Assembly: GCA_023265595.1 (NCBI GenBank)
Contig: JAHFSU010000004.1
Span: 1,667-65,666 of the forward strand
Direction: 5' to 3'
Source: Deltaproteobacteria bacterium
Lineage (GTDB): Bacteria; UBA10199; SPLOWO2-01-44-7
Length of the DNA stretch: 64,000 nucleotides
The position numbers were made by a program, and so were the translations under genes. Below are positions 50,608-61,405 of this stretch, in pieces. The notes under the pieces were generated by a model that searched no databases, had not been told where the DNA came from, and saw only the letters and a program-made list of their open reading frames with translations. The number at the start of each line of letters is the position of its first letter. Position 1 is the stretch's first letter.

Positions 50608-51864
50608 TTATTCCGAAGGGGATTGCCAGTCGACGGTTTTTTCCGGTGTGTCAGACCATTTGGCATCGTCCCAACTTAACGCATAATCTTTTTCACGGTA
50701 GGCGTAGCCGACGGAAGAAATGGAGAGACTTTCAAAATGAGTATCCAACATAACGGCCAAATGAGTCGAAACTTTGGCCCGGGCCGCCAAAGACTGTAAA
50801 GCCGCTTTTCCCTGTGGGCTGTGGGGAAGACCCGCGGGATGAAAAGTGAACGAGCCGACTTGTAAAATTCCTTTTCTCGCCCCGTAGGCCGTATTGCAAA
50901 AAAACATGCACTCATCACTATCCACATTATAGTGGGCATAGGGGGCCGGAATATCTTTGGGGTGCCAGCCTTCCATCTGCGGTTTGAAAGAGCAGAGGGA
51001 AAAACCATTGTTGGGGACGTTCCCCGCCTGAAAAGTCTGGCGATGCGGCGGAGCGGTATGAATAGCACGCGCCACGCCGTGATGGTTGTTGATATCAAAT
51101 ACGAAAGGATAGAGCGCCCCCTCCCAACCGCAAAGGTCAAAAGGATGATGACCGAGAGTCAAAAGGGATACTTTGCCGCCGTCGTGTTTAACATAGAGAG
51201 GAAATTTTCCCCGTTTGTCGATCGGTTTGCCTAATTCCGGCGTTTCAATTTCGGTCTCCACCACCGGCGACATCAGCGTTGCCTGTCCTCCCTTGTTAAA
51301 ATAGTGGGGGGCAAAAACGATCGGGTAGACCGATTCGATCAACAAAAGATAAGCCTGTTTTGATTTGAGATCGATGCGATACGTTGTCCCTTTAGGGACA
51401 ACCATGTAAACATCTTTCCGAAAGGGGAGTGTCCCATATTCGGAATGTAAAATCCCCTCCCCCTCCTGCACAAAATAGATTTCGTGCTTCTCGCCATTTC
51501 TAAAAAAGACCCCCTCCGGAAAACTCTTCTTCGGTTTCAAAATAGATACCACCGTGCGGGGACTAAAAACAATCGGTTTGCGGCATTGCAACGCGTCCCC
51601 TTCTGTCGGCATATCGCCGGTTAAAACATGAAACGGTTGCAAAATATCGGCCTCTTTGGGCGCGGTACAGACGAAATTAAAATCGGCTTTGACCGGCGCT
51701 TGAACCTGCTCCGTTGGGTAGGAACGGACATGCAATTTGCGAGACCACGGGCCGTTAAATCCCAAACTCCCATGAATTTCTTCAAGCGCCAACACTTTTG
51801 GAATGGCATAAAATTCGGTATGCGGCGTTGCGGGAAGATTTCCTTTTTTGATGATCATAACCAT
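50608..51864 (-). CDS. hmgA: homogentisate 1,2-dioxygenase family protein
   Basis: HPFDLCGWEG, HTAPP, PYAHYNVDSDE, HPAGLPHSP; near hppD. Confidence 0.85.
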   Translation of the reverse strand: MVMIIKKGNLPATPHTEFYAIPKVLALEEIHGSLGFNGPWSRKLHVRSYPTEQVQAPVKADFNFVCTAPKEADILQPFHVLTGDMPTEGDALQCRKPIVFSPRTVVSILKPKKSFPEGVFFRNGEKHEIYFVQEGEGILHSEYGTLPFRKDVYMVVPKGTTYRIDLKSKQAYLLLIESVYPIVFAPHYFNKGGQATLMSPVVETEIETPELGKPIDKRGKFPLYVKHDGGKVSLLTLGHHPFDLCGWEGALYPFVFDINNHHGVARAIHTAPPHRQTFQAGNVPNNGFSLCSFKPQMEGWHPKDIPAPYAHYNVDSDECMFFCNTAYGARKGILQVGSFTFHPAGLPHSPQGKAALQSLAARAKVSTHLAVMLDTHFESLSISSVGYAYREKDYALSWDDAKWSDTPEKTVDWQSPSE

Positions 51865-51881
51865 AGTCTCCTCCTTTTTGG

Positions 51882-53396
51882 TCAATGTTTAAAATGTCTA
51901 ACACCCGTAAAAACCATCGCGAGATGATATTGATCCGCGGCGGCGATGACTTCGGCATCTTTCACGGAGCCGCCGGGCTGGATGATAGCGGTCGCTTTTG
52001 TTTTGGCGATGGCGCTGATGTTGTCGGGGAAGGGAAAAAAGGCGTCGGAGGCGACAACTCGTGGATCCCTCCAAACTACCGGCGGGCAGGCGTGAATCGT
52101 GGATCGCGAATCGTTGAGTTTCCTTGCGGCAAGTTTTACCGCATCAATACGGCTAGTCTGTCCTCCCCCGATTGCCAAAACGCGATCGGTGCTCGCAAAA
52201 ACAATGGCGTTTGATTTGACATGCTTCGCCACTTTCCAAGCCAATGCCATCGCTTTCATCTCTTTCTGAGTCGGCTCTCTTTTTGTTTTGATTTGCCACG
52301 TCTTTGCCGACTCCATCGCCGTATCGGAATCTTGAACCAAAAGCCCACCGCCGGCGCTGCGCACTGTTTGATCAGGCCCGGCCGTTTCACAACTGATTAA
52401 CAGGCGCAAATTTTTCTTCGCTCTCAAAATATCCAAAGCCTCTTTGGAAAAACCGGGGGCTAAAATGATTTCGAGAAAAATTTTGGAGAGGGCCTCGGCC
52501 GTATTTTTGTCGACCTCCCGATTGAAAGCGACAATCCCGCCGAAAGCAGAGGTCGTATCACAGGCATAAGCCTTCTCAAACGCATCCAACAACGATTTTT
52601 TAGAGCAGGCTACACCGCACGGGTTCGTATGCTTGATTACGGCACAGGCAAACAACTCCCCCTTCAATTCCCGAATGAGCCACCACGCGGCATCGGCATC
52701 CAAAACATTATTGTAGGAGAGTTCTTTTCCCTGAATCGGTTTTTCCCATAGAGGTTTTTTGCCCGACTCCAATTCGAAAAAGGCTTTTTGATGAGGGTTT
52801 TCGCCGTAACGGAGGGAGGTTTTGCGTAAATCAAAAAAATCGGCAATCGCGGCATCGTAGCGAGCCGTCACGGCAAAAACTTTGGCCGCCATCCGTTTGC
52901 GAAATGAGAGAGAGATTGCTTCGTCGTTCGCCTTTGGCGAACGCCTCGCAATGACGGACAAGGCTTCATCATAATCGGTCGTATCGCAGACCACCGTAAC
53001 ATGCTCAAAATTTTTGGCGGCGGCGCGAAGCATTGTCGGCCCGCCGACATCAATCATTTCGATGCCCGGTTTCGATTCAAAGGGATAAAGGTTGACAACC
53101 ACAAGATCGATGAAAGGAATTTTCAAATCGCACATGGCCTTCCGGTCCTCCGTCACATTGCGCCGCGCGAGAATACCTGCATGAACTTTGGGATGGAGCG
53201 ACTTGATCCGCCCTTCTAAAATTTCGGGAAAGCCGGTAAAATCAGAAACATCGGTGACTTCAATCCCGTGTTGCCTCAAAAAGGCAGCCGTTTTTCCGGT
53301 CGATAAAATTTTGAATTTTAGCCCAACCAACTTTTTGGCAAAAGGCTCCAATCCGCTTTTGTCATACACGCTAAGGAGTGCGATTTTTTCGAACAT
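51882..53396 (-). CDS. purH: AICAR transformylase/IMP cyclohydrolase
   Basis: [48 protein letters not shown]. Confidence 0.97.
   Translation of the reverse strand: MFEKIALLSVYDKSGLEPFAKKLVGLKFKILSTGKTAAFLRQHGIEVTDVSDFTGFPEILEGRIKSLHPKVHAGILARRNVTEDRKAMCDLKIPFIDLVVVNLYPFESKPGIEMIDVGGPTMLRAAAKNFEHVTVVCDTTDYDEALSVIARRSPKANDEAISLSFRKRMAAKVFAVTARYDAAIADFFDLRKTSLRYGENPHQKAFFELESGKKPLWEKPIQGKELSYNNVLDADAAWWLIRELKGELFACAVIKHTNPCGVACSKKSLLDAFEKAYACDTTSAFGGIVAFNREVDKNTAEALSKIFLEIILAPGFSKEALDILRAKKNLRLLISCETAGPDQTVRSAGGGLLVQDSDTAMESAKTWQIKTKREPTQKEMKAMALAWKVAKHVKSNAIVFASTDRVLAIGGGQTSRIDAVKLAARKLNDSRSTIHACPPVVWRDPRVVASDAFFPFPDNISAIAKTKATAIIQPGGSVKDAEVIAAADQYHLAMVFTGVRHFKH
52059..52114. repeat. TCGTG(A/G)A heptamer run with a nested 23-bp element, in frame in purH
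   Basis: tcgtggatc[cctccaaactaccggcgggcagg]cgtgaa tcgtgga tcgcgaa tcgt. Confidence 0.65.
52912..52955. repeat. GTCATTGCGAG...GAAGCAATC-type REP-like unit in frame in purH
   Basis: Minus strand reads gtcattgcgaggcgttcgccaaaggcgaacgacgaagcaatctc, encoding [14 protein letters not shown]. Confidence 0.75.
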
Positions 53397-53404
53397 GATT
53401 ATTG

Positions 53405-53438
53405 TGTCATCTGGATTCCCGCTTTCGCGGGAATGACA
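53405..53438. repeat. family-B REP hairpin
   Basis: CTGGATTCCCGCTTTCGCGGGAATGACA, nearly identical to 10626-10653. Confidence 0.8.
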
Positions 53439-53450
53439 AGCGAACCACCT

Positions 53451-54809
53451 TTATTTCGCCAAACTCGAGAGACCCATCACACTCTTGATCTGATCATCCA
53501 CAATTTGAAATCCGCCGCCGACAAAATAATCGATCGACTGGCGCGGATTGATAAAATCATCCGCACCGCCGACCAGATACAAATTCTGCGTCAAATTGAG
53601 CTGTCCCAACGCTTTTAAGTGTGGCTTCGAATTGAATTTGGTCTGAAAATCAAAGGCGCTGAACTGGGCATTGAGCGGCCCTTGGGCATAATCGAGGCCA
53701 ACCCCGCCGGTTGATTCAATCAGACCGCCGCGAATTCTCAAATTATAAAATTTCTTGGCGAGCTGTGCCGAAAAAAGGAGTTTGTTCCGCTGCAAAACAG
53801 CCGTTTCGGTCTGCACCGTCGTTGTGGTTCCACCGACCGTAATATTGGTTGTCCGGTTTTCCCGTTTGAGCGGCGGCTCTGTATCATTAACCAAGGATAG
53901 CAAAACCGCTTCATCCGGCGTCAAACCCAAAGCAATATCAAAATAATTTTTAAAATCCTCCGAGGATTTGAGATATTCCGTGTGAAAACCGAGGGACAAT
54001 TCGAGAGAACGATAGCCGCCGAGCGCATCATTCAAACTATCCAGAGAGTCATTGAGTTTTTGAATCGTCTCCGGGTCATTCACCAGTTTGCCGATCGTCC
54101 CGCGCCCTTCGTCAATTTTTTGTGAAATCGATGCAATCCGTTCGCTGGACAGCTCTACATTGGCGCGACTATTGGAAACCATCCCCTTTATTTCATGCGT
54201 TAAATCGGCCATGTTTTGCATGATCCGATCGAGATTCTGTTCGTTACGGACAGAAACCTCCCGCAACACACGAACAAAATCGTTCAGATTATGAACGGTA
54301 GTGGCAATCTCCCCTCCCTTTTCTTCATTCGTCCATCCCTTAATCGTGCCGGTGATATCTTTTACATCATCCGCTACCGAACCAAATTGATTGACCAATG
54401 TGGTCACATCCCCGCCGCTTTCCGTTTTGACAAAGAAATCTCCCTTTTTGAGAGAGGGGAGATGGGGATCGCCGGTAATGATTTCCACATAGGCCTCTCC
54501 CAAAAATCCGCGTGTTTTCAAAAAAGCGAGACTGTTTTGCGGAAATTTCACACTCTTTTTGATAGCCAAACGGGCTTTGGCCTTCCCGTCCGGAGTCAGG
54601 CCGATATCCTTGACCACCCCCACATCGACACCGGCTACTTCAACCGCCGCCTTGGGATAAAGGCCGGCTGCATTGCTGAAGATAGCATAAAGATCATAGC
54701 CGCCGCCCGCGACAATGGACTGATCCCCAACACGAATCGTCGCAAAAATAATAATGATGACGGTGAGGATGGCAAAAATGCCGACCTTTATTTCCGGTTT
54801 GAGTTTCAA
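53451..54809 (-). CDS. MCE/MlaD family protein with helical extension and beta-rich C-terminus
   Basis: VGIF transmembrane segment, FSNAAGL...VEVAGVDVGVV, GFLGEAYVEI, GTIGKLVND. Confidence 0.92.
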   Translation of the reverse strand: MKLKPEIKVGIFAILTVIIIIFATIRVGDQSIVAGGGYDLYAIFSNAAGLYPKAAVEVAGVDVGVVKDIGLTPDGKAKARLAIKKSVKFPQNSLAFLKTRGFLGEAYVEIITGDPHLPSLKKGDFFVKTESGGDVTTLVNQFGSVADDVKDITGTIKGWTNEEKGGEIATTVHNLNDFVRVLREVSVRNEQNLDRIMQNMADLTHEIKGMVSNSRANVELSSERIASISQKIDEGRGTIGKLVNDPETIQKLNDSLDSLNDALGGYRSLELSLGFHTEYLKSSEDFKNYFDIALGLTPDEAVLLSLVNDTEPPLKRENRTTNITVGGTTTTVQTETAVLQRNKLLFSAQLAKKFYNLRIRGGLIESTGGVGLDYAQGPLNAQFSAFDFQTKFNSKPHLKALGQLNLTQNLYLVGGADDFINPRQSIDYFVGGGFQIVDDQIKSVMGLSSLAK

Positions 54810-55546
54810 CCCTTCCCCTCTCCCTTGCGAATAAATTCCTGTACCTCTTCTTTTTTAGAATTTCTGAAAACGTCCGGCGTTCCGGTCTCAATAATTTTGC
54901 CCTTGTATACCATCGATATCTGATCTGCAATACGAAAGGCGGAGGGGATATCGTGGCTGATAACAACCGACGTGATGCTCAATTTTCGCTGCATTTCCAG
55001 AATCAAATTGTCGATCGCCTCGGTCATGATCGGATCCAAGCCGGTTGTCGGTTCATCATATAGAATGATTTCCGGCTGCAGCGCAATAGCGCGGGCCAAG
55101 CCGACACGTTTGCGCATCCCGCCCGAAAGATCCGATGGCATTTTTTTTTCATTGCCGGAAAGTCCCACCAGTGACAGCTTTTCGACCACAATATTTTGAA
55201 TTTCCCTTTCACTCTTTTTTGTATGTTCCCGGAGCGGAAACGCGACATTTTCATAGACATTCATCGAATCAAACAACGCAGCATGTTGGAACAGCATGCC
55301 AAACCGACGGCGAATCTCGTTGAGTTGAAAACGATTGAGTGCTGATAAATTGACCTTATCGAGCATGACCTTGCCACGGTCCGGCTTCCATAAACCGATG
55401 ATATGCCGGAGTAAAACAGTTTTTCCACAACCGGACGGGCCGATGATGACGGTGATTTTGCCGGTAGGGATCACTAAATTCATCCCTTGCAATACGGCCG
55501 TTCCGTTAAATGATTTATACAAATCAACAATTTCAATCATAAGCAA
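54806..55546 (-). CDS. mlaF: MlaF-type ABC ATPase
   Basis: GPSGCGKT, LSGGMRKRVGLARA, LYDEPTTGLDP. Confidence 0.9.
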   Translation of the reverse strand: MLMIEIVDLYKSFNGTAVLQGMNLVIPTGKITVIIGPSGCGKTVLLRHIIGLWKPDRGKVMLDKVNLSALNRFQLNEIRRRFGMLFQHAALFDSMNVYENVAFPLREHTKKSEREIQNIVVEKLSLVGLSGNEKKMPSDLSGGMRKRVGLARAIALQPEIILYDEPTTGLDPIMTEAIDNLILEMQRKLSITSVVISHDIPSAFRIADQISMVYKGKIIETGTPDVFRNSKKEEVQEFIRKGEGKG

Positions 55547-56347
55547 TCAATGATGGTGCGTTGTAAAAAATTCGAGAATCCATGTTGTCAGAAAGTAATC
55601 GGCCACCAAAATAGTGACCGAAGAGGCCACCACGGCCCCGGTCGTGGAGCGGCCCACCCCCTCCGCGCCCCCTTCTGTTTTGAAACCCTTGTAACAACTG
55701 ATCATCGCCAAAAAAAAGCCGAAGACAGCGGCCTTGAGCATCCCTCCGAAAATATCCTCCGGATCGACGTACCAATACAAATGACGCAAAAAAGGCCCCG
55801 ACGGAATATCGAGCAGCGTCGTGCCGACAAGATAGGCGCCGACACAACCGACATAATTGAAGATCATCGTCAACAAAGGGACCATGAAAATACAACCGAT
55901 CACGCGCGGTGAAACGAGATACTGAAGCGGATCCACCGCCATCGTGTAGAGGGCATCGACCTGCTCCGTAACCCGCATCGTTCCAATCTCAGCCGCCATC
56001 GCGGAACCGGCGCGGGCGGTCACCATCAGCGCCGTAAAAACCGGCGCAATTTCCCGGGCCAACGCAAGACCGACCGTGGAGCCGACCAAGTTTTGCATCT
56101 TGAACAACGCAAATGTTTTTCCGGTTTGCAGCGCAAAAACCATGCCGGTAAAAAGACCCGTAAGTAAAATAATCGGCAACGATTGCACACCGATGAATTG
56201 CATCTGGTAGAAAAAGTTATGGTATCGATAGGGAGGCCGGAAGGTCCATGTGATGCTGGCCCACGCAAAACGGCACCAATCCCCAAGCCCCATCAATGCC
56301 GCGAGAAGGACATTCCAAAAAGGGATAAATTTTAAAATGGCTGTCAT
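55547..56347 (-). CDS. mlaE: MlaE-type ABC permease
   Basis: REIAPV, RAGSAMAAEIGTMRVTEQVDAL, GGAEGVGRSTT. Confidence 0.93.
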   Translation of the reverse strand: MTAILKFIPFWNVLLAALMGLGDWCRFAWASITWTFRPPYRYHNFFYQMQFIGVQSLPIILLTGLFTGMVFALQTGKTFALFKMQNLVGSTVGLALAREIAPVFTALMVTARAGSAMAAEIGTMRVTEQVDALYTMAVDPLQYLVSPRVIGCIFMVPLLTMIFNYVGCVGAYLVGTTLLDIPSGPFLRHLYWYVDPEDIFGGMLKAAVFGFFLAMISCYKGFKTEGGAEGVGRSTTGAVVASSVTILVADYFLTTWILEFFTTHHH

Positions 56348-57477
56348 TGTTTATAAACTCTCGGCATTCTTTTCGAAACGCCGCAGACAATTTCGTAGGG
56401 AATGGTTTTGGCCCATGCGGCCAGTTGATCGGCGGTAATCTTTTCATCCCCTTGTTTTCCCATGAGCACCACTTCATCGCCGACAGGGACGTCTGGAAGA
56501 TCGGTCAAATCGACCATGATCATATCCATCGTGACACGCCCCAAAACCGGCACCCGACGTCCGGAAATCAAAACATGCGCCTTATTGGAAAGGGCCCACG
56601 GATAGCCATCGGCATAGCCGATAGGAATCACCCCGATTTTCGATTTTCGTTTTGTTGTATAGGTACAATTGTAACTGACTTTCGTCCCCTTCGGGACCTG
56701 CTTGATCAAAACGATTTTGCTCATAAGGGACATGACCGGTTTCAAAGAAACTTTCTTTGCGTATTCGGGATAAGGGGGAATCCCATAGAGCATGATGCCG
56801 GGCCGCACCCAATATTGCGAGGTTTGGAAAGATTCAATGGGTGAACCCTCAATAACTGCCGCCGAATTTGCAATATGCCCAATAGGAACTTCACCCATAA
56901 CTTTAAGGATTGTCTCCCCCGCCTCTTTGAATTTTTGAAGTTGCTGCTTAGTATAATCTTCGTTCTGCCTAAAGGCGAGGTGCGTCATAACCCCTTCCAG
57001 TTTCAAATGTTCAGAGACCTTGAGACGGGCCAAAAGATTGGGGAGGGCTTGGAGGGTTACCCCCAAACGGGTCATACCGGTGTCGATTTTAAGATGGATT
57101 TTTAAGGTGCCATACCGTCGGCTAATTTCTTCCAAAAGGTCTATAACGCCGGCTGAATGAACAACAGGGATCAAGTGATGCTTTAACATGACTTGAGCCG
57201 CCTCTTCACCCGAACCTAAAAGCCCCCCCATGACCAAAATCGGTTTTTTAAGCCCCGCATCGCGGAGCTCGACACCCTCTTCCACCGTGGCCACACCGAG
57301 ACAAGTGGCCCCCTCTTTCTCAAAAACTTTGGCGACCGGAACAGCCCCATGCCCATAGGCATCGGCCTTGACCATTGTCAAAATACCGCAATTTTTTGGG
57401 AGACGCTTTTGAACCTCATGATAGTTGTGTTTTAATGCCGCTAAATCGATAACGGCATGAGTCGGGCGTAGCTGCAT
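56344..57477 (-). CDS. alr: alanine racemase
   Basis: VKADAYGHG, HLKIDTGMTRLG, IGYADG, GRVTMD, TIPYE. Confidence 0.97.
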   Translation of the reverse strand: MQLRPTHAVIDLAALKHNYHEVQKRLPKNCGILTMVKADAYGHGAVPVAKVFEKEGATCLGVATVEEGVELRDAGLKKPILVMGGLLGSGEEAAQVMLKHHLIPVVHSAGVIDLLEEISRRYGTLKIHLKIDTGMTRLGVTLQALPNLLARLKVSEHLKLEGVMTHLAFRQNEDYTKQQLQKFKEAGETILKVMGEVPIGHIANSAAVIEGSPIESFQTSQYWVRPGIMLYGIPPYPEYAKKVSLKPVMSLMSKIVLIKQVPKGTKVSYNCTYTTKRKSKIGVIPIGYADGYPWALSNKAHVLISGRRVPVLGRVTMDMIMVDLTDLPDVPVGDEVVLMGKQGDEKITADQLAAWAKTIPYEIVCGVSKRMPRVYKQ

Positions 57478-57536
57478 CGGGGAGATTGCATACTTCAAAA
57501 CTTGCAGATGCGCAACAGCGATGGTAAACATAAAAA

Positions 57537-57992
57537 ATGCGATTTGGGATCACACAAAAGCCCCAGAAACCGATTCGACTTTCCAACCTTCTTGAAATAA
57601 AAGAGGCCTTCTCAAAATATTGTCGAAAAAACCCGATCGATCTGGTATTTGTTCACGGCTCCCTTGCGCAAGATAAATTAAAGACATTGAGCGACATCGA
57701 CATTGCCGTATTATTTAAAGAGGGAGGTAAAGATATTTTGAAAGCTATTTCGAAAACGGTCGACAAACTATCAGAACTCATCGATCGCGAAGATATCGAC
57801 CTCATGATGTTAAACAAAGCGTCCCCCCTTGCTTGCATGCAGGTACTTCGCAACGGCAAAATTCTTTATTGCCGCAATCTATCGGTGCTCAAAAAGTTTC
57901 GCCTAAAAACCATACAACGTTATTTGGCAACGAGCTATTTGCGTACCACATTCAACCGCCGCATGGAGATGGCCATCCTTGGAGAAAAATAA
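57537..57992 (+). CDS. minimal nucleotidyltransferase antitoxin (MntA-like)
   Basis: HGS-x10-DID motif; DLMMLNKASP. Confidence 0.9.
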   Translation: MRFGITQKPQKPIRLSNLLEIKEAFSKYCRKNPIDLVFVHGSLAQDKLKTLSDIDIAVLFKEGGKDILKAISKTVDKLSELIDREDIDLMMLNKASPLACMQVLRNGKILYCRNLSVLKKFRLKTIQRYLATSYLRTTFNRRMEMAILGEK

Positions 57993-58418
57993 ATGTCCCC
58001 CCTCGACAAAGAATCAATAGAATCAAAAGTAGCCCGTATTCGGAAAAATTTAAGGGAACTTAAGAAGTTCAGCCAACTTCCCTACAAAGATTACGTCAAA
58101 GATTTCCACAACACCGCCACGGCTGAACGATTCTTGCAGGTCTCCATCGAGGCCATGCTCGACATCGGCTCCCATATTATTGCCGAAGAGGGATTGGGAG
58201 AGCCGATCGAATACCGGAATGTTTTTGCCATTCTGCTACAGGCCAAAATTCTCCCCCCTTCCATGGAAAAATCGTTGATGGATATGGTCGGCTTGAGAAA
58301 CCGCATTGTCCATCTTTATGAAGACATCGACCACAAAATGATCCACCGTTTCCTCAAAAAAGAACTCCCCGATTTCAATCTCTTTATCGAAACCATCACC
58401 CGCTACCTCAAAAAATAA
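57993..58418 (+). CDS. HEPN/DUF86 RNase toxin (HepT-like)
   Basis: ERFLQVSIEA, RNRIVHLY (Rx4HxY). Confidence 0.92.
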   Translation: MSPLDKESIESKVARIRKNLRELKKFSQLPYKDYVKDFHNTATAERFLQVSIEAMLDIGSHIIAEEGLGEPIEYRNVFAILLQAKILPPSMEKSLMDMVGLRNRIVHLYEDIDHKMIHRFLKKELPDFNLFIETITRYLKK

Positions 58419-58421
58419 TTA

Positions 58422-58448
58422 GCAACAATATTCACGGGTTGACGAAGA
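58422..58448 (+). promoter_or_regulatory. sigma-28-like promoter motif copy (GCAAC-N14-GACGAAGA)
   Basis: 8 nt upstream of the ATG at 58457. Confidence 0.6.
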
Positions 58449-58456
58449 AAGGGTTG

Positions 58457-61405
58457 ATGACCTCCATACTAAACCTTGCCCATTTACAAACCGGTTCGGG
58501 TCTCCTCTTTGGCATGCCGGAGACCCTTTATGCCGACCCCAAAATCGCCGCCAGCGCTTTTTTGGCCGTTCCCGCGATGGAACTCGGCGCCGAACTCCAT
58601 GCCATCCGCGATGCCTATGTCCAAATTGATCCGAAGTCCGGTCAAAAATTTCGCCGGCATCTACACGACTACAAGAGGGCTTTGAAAGAGGAGGATCAAA
58701 AAGCCGCATGGACTGCGCAAAGATCCATGGCCGCTATTTTTCGAAGGACCGGCCGGCGGCATTGGGAATTTTTGTTGGAAAAACTTAAAAAAAAGGGATG
58801 GCCGATGAGAAACGGGTTTTTGAAAACGCCGGCAAGTTCGAAGAAACATGTCATCTCTATTTTGGAATTGAGAATGATGGAGTGGGATCCTCAAGATTAT
58901 CGGCTGGATCCATCCCGTTTTTCGATCACAGACCCGATTCGTATCTCTTCCCTGAAGACTGTCGAACAAAAGATCGCCTCCCTTTTCGAACCGGGTGCGG
59001 ACCGCGACCGCATCCCATGGTTTGTCTTTGAAGGGCCATGGCCCATGGACAATTTGTTTTTGATCGATCCCAAAAAAATTGAGGCCGCCTCCAAAGACTA
59101 TGCCAAAAAAGCGGTTGCCTTGATCACGGTTGCGCCGGAAAATCGGCACATCGCCCTCTATTGTCATCAAAACCGGTTCGGTCTCTGGGAGCTTTTTTGC
59201 TATTCGGATTATTACGACAACCCGGACGGCCTTTGGCAATGGGATCATCATGCCGCATTTTGGGAAAAATGGGATTTGACCGGCATCGACAAAGAAGGGG
59301 GCAATCGGTTTATCTTTGCGAACCTCAACACGGAGCTCTATTTTTCCGGACGCTTTAAGAGACCCATAGAGGTCGATCCCGATTACCGTAAAAAAATCGA
59401 AAAGAGAATGCGAAAAGGGACATGGATCGGCGAGAGATGGAAAGAGGTCCTTCAAAGACACCCCTTGTTATTCCGGTGGCTTTCCCTCCCCCACTCACTT
59501 GTGGAAATCCCCGTCTCTCTTGATGCGCTCCGTTGCGAAACGGATAAGGGTCTGAATGGGGCCACAGGGGCTCTCAGAAATATCTGGCATCTTCTTGATG
59601 AAAAAGACCCGGATGAAGCCGAATACAAAAAGAGGATCCTTTCTCTTTTGAAAAGTCTCCGCTACGGTCGCGAAAAGGATTTCAGAGAGCTCGGCCTTTT
59701 GCTGGAAGAGATGCATCAGAATGAATATATCGACCAACACCAAATGAAAGTCGGTTTTTATCAACTCACCAGAGCACAAAAAATTCTGCGCGATCAGAAA
59801 AAACTCGAGCAGGGCAAAAATCGGGAGATGGAGACCGTATCTCTCCGCTTGGGGCTTTGGAGACGCGATCCGTGGTTCGACGGCTTGATCGGCATCAGCG
59901 ACAGGGCCTATGAAGATTTAAGCAATCAGGTCCTTCTCCTTTATGCCCCCAACGGCGACATGCTGGACGCTTGCGCCCTTCGCCTCTTTGAAGATGAAAA
60001 GGAAAATCTTTATCTTTTTTATGATCCCCTTCCTTTCCCGTATCGTCACTGGCGTGTGGAAAATTACGAAAAAACGCTGTTGCAATGCATCCGAAAGATC
60101 GGAAAAAAATGCGGAATCCCCGAAGACCGGATCCGGGAGATGCAGGGGGTTCAAGATTTCAACTGGCTCCAAGGGATAGGCGGTCTCCATCCTATAACGG
60201 CATCCAAGGAAGAAAGAGCGGCGGCGCTGGAAAAAAGAAAAATATGGAGACACCCTCTCGAAGGTTTTCTCGCGGAGGGACAGGGGACCTATGAGGCACT
60301 TAATATTTTTGGGTCGAGCCGTCTTGTTTTTTGTAACCCATGGCTCGGTGATCGGATCCCGATCCCCAACGGATTTGATGGGGTCCCTTATGAACTTCTC
60401 CCTCCCAAAAATGTCGGCTTTCCTCTTTCACTGACAATCAATCCCGAACCGCATCTTGCCGGCACCCAAGTTGTCGGTTACTCAATCGGAACAGGACGTT
60501 CGATCGATCTGGCTGTCGATTTCAAGGATAAGGATGGGGTGCAATGGCATCACTTGAGTCTTGTCGGCGTGGGGAAGACACACCGCGCGCGGCTCGGGCG
60601 TCTGGAATTTCGGGATGGACAACACTCGCTCGATGTTGCCCAACGCCGTTTTTATCTCTCGAACCTGATGCATTTTTTGGGACTCCGCACCGCGCGCGGG
60701 ATGGCCGTCATCAGCGCCGAAAGGCCGCGAGAAGGAGCTTTCAAAAATGGCGCCTTGCCCCAAATTCAGGCTATCCTTTATGAACTCTGCCGGGAACAGC
60801 TTCGACTGGATGATTTGTCACGCGCCGAAAACCCGTACCGGATGATTCATCATGTCAAAAGAAAAATTGCCGCGGAGCTCGGCCTCCCACGCATGAGCGA
60901 TGCGGAATATGTGAGATGGCTTGGCCATACACTCGGTGAACAGTTCGCCCTGATGATCTTTTACGGTTTCGATCACGGCGTCTTCAACGGGATGAGCCAG
61001 CTTACTGCCTTCAACGTCTCCTTGGCCGGTGAGATACGCGATTTTGATGCGGCCGGACTGACCCGCGACCGAAATCGACTGCACGATCGTTACTTCCATG
61101 GAAAAAAGAGTGTTTATAGTACCGATTTGAATCTGCACGCCGTTCTAAGAATGCAGCAGATGTTGTCCAGAGGACCCCGAAACATCCCCCGCGCCACCGG
61201 CAAACCATGGCTTCATTTTCTGCTCGATCTGGCCCCGTATGCAAATTTTTACGATCTGTTTCAAACCGCGATGGATCGGAAGCGACAGGAATTGGAAACG
61301 AGCGGGATCGATCCCAAGGCCGAGATCCGGCGTTTTAATACAGAGATGTGGAATCCCTATATGCGGCAATTAAGGAATTCCCGTTTACACGGGGATGACA
61401 AATGA
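58457..61405 (+). CDS. large orphan protein with a C-terminal SelO/YdiU-like domain (paralogue 1)
   Basis: GTGRS...LVGVGKT...RDG...LSNLMHFLGLRT...QLRL...GFDHGVFN...FNVSLAGEIRDFD. Confidence 0.75.
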   Translation: MTSILNLAHLQTGSGLLFGMPETLYADPKIAASAFLAVPAMELGAELHAIRDAYVQIDPKSGQKFRRHLHDYKRALKEEDQKAAWTAQRSMAAIFRRTGRRHWEFLLEKLKKKGWPMRNGFLKTPASSKKHVISILELRMMEWDPQDYRLDPSRFSITDPIRISSLKTVEQKIASLFEPGADRDRIPWFVFEGPWPMDNLFLIDPKKIEAASKDYAKKAVALITVAPENRHIALYCHQNRFGLWELFCYSDYYDNPDGLWQWDHHAAFWEKWDLTGIDKEGGNRFIFANLNTELYFSGRFKRPIEVDPDYRKKIEKRMRKGTWIGERWKEVLQRHPLLFRWLSLPHSLVEIPVSLDALRCETDKGLNGATGALRNIWHLLDEKDPDEAEYKKRILSLLKSLRYGREKDFRELGLLLEEMHQNEYIDQHQMKVGFYQLTRAQKILRDQKKLEQGKNREMETVSLRLGLWRRDPWFDGLIGISDRAYEDLSNQVLLLYAPNGDMLDACALRLFEDEKENLYLFYDPLPFPYRHWRVENYEKTLLQCIRKIGKKCGIPEDRIREMQGVQDFNWLQGIGGLHPITASKEERAAALEKRKIWRHPLEGFLAEGQGTYEALNIFGSSRLVFCNPWLGDRIPIPNGFDGVPYELLPPKNVGFPLSLTINPEPHLAGTQVVGYSIGTGRSIDLAVDFKDKDGVQWHHLSLVGVGKTHRARLGRLEFRDGQHSLDVAQRRFYLSNLMHFLGLRTARGMAVISAERPREGAFKNGALPQIQAILYELCREQLRLDDLSRAENPYRMIHHVKRKIAAELGLPRMSDAEYVRWLGHTLGEQFALMIFYGFDHGVFNGMSQLTAFNVSLAGEIRDFDAAGLTRDRNRLHDRYFHGKKSVYSTDLNLHAVLRMQQMLSRGPRNIPRATGKPWLHFLLDLAPYANFYDLFQTAMDRKRQELETSGIDPKAEIRRFNTEMWNPYMRQLRNSRLHGDDK

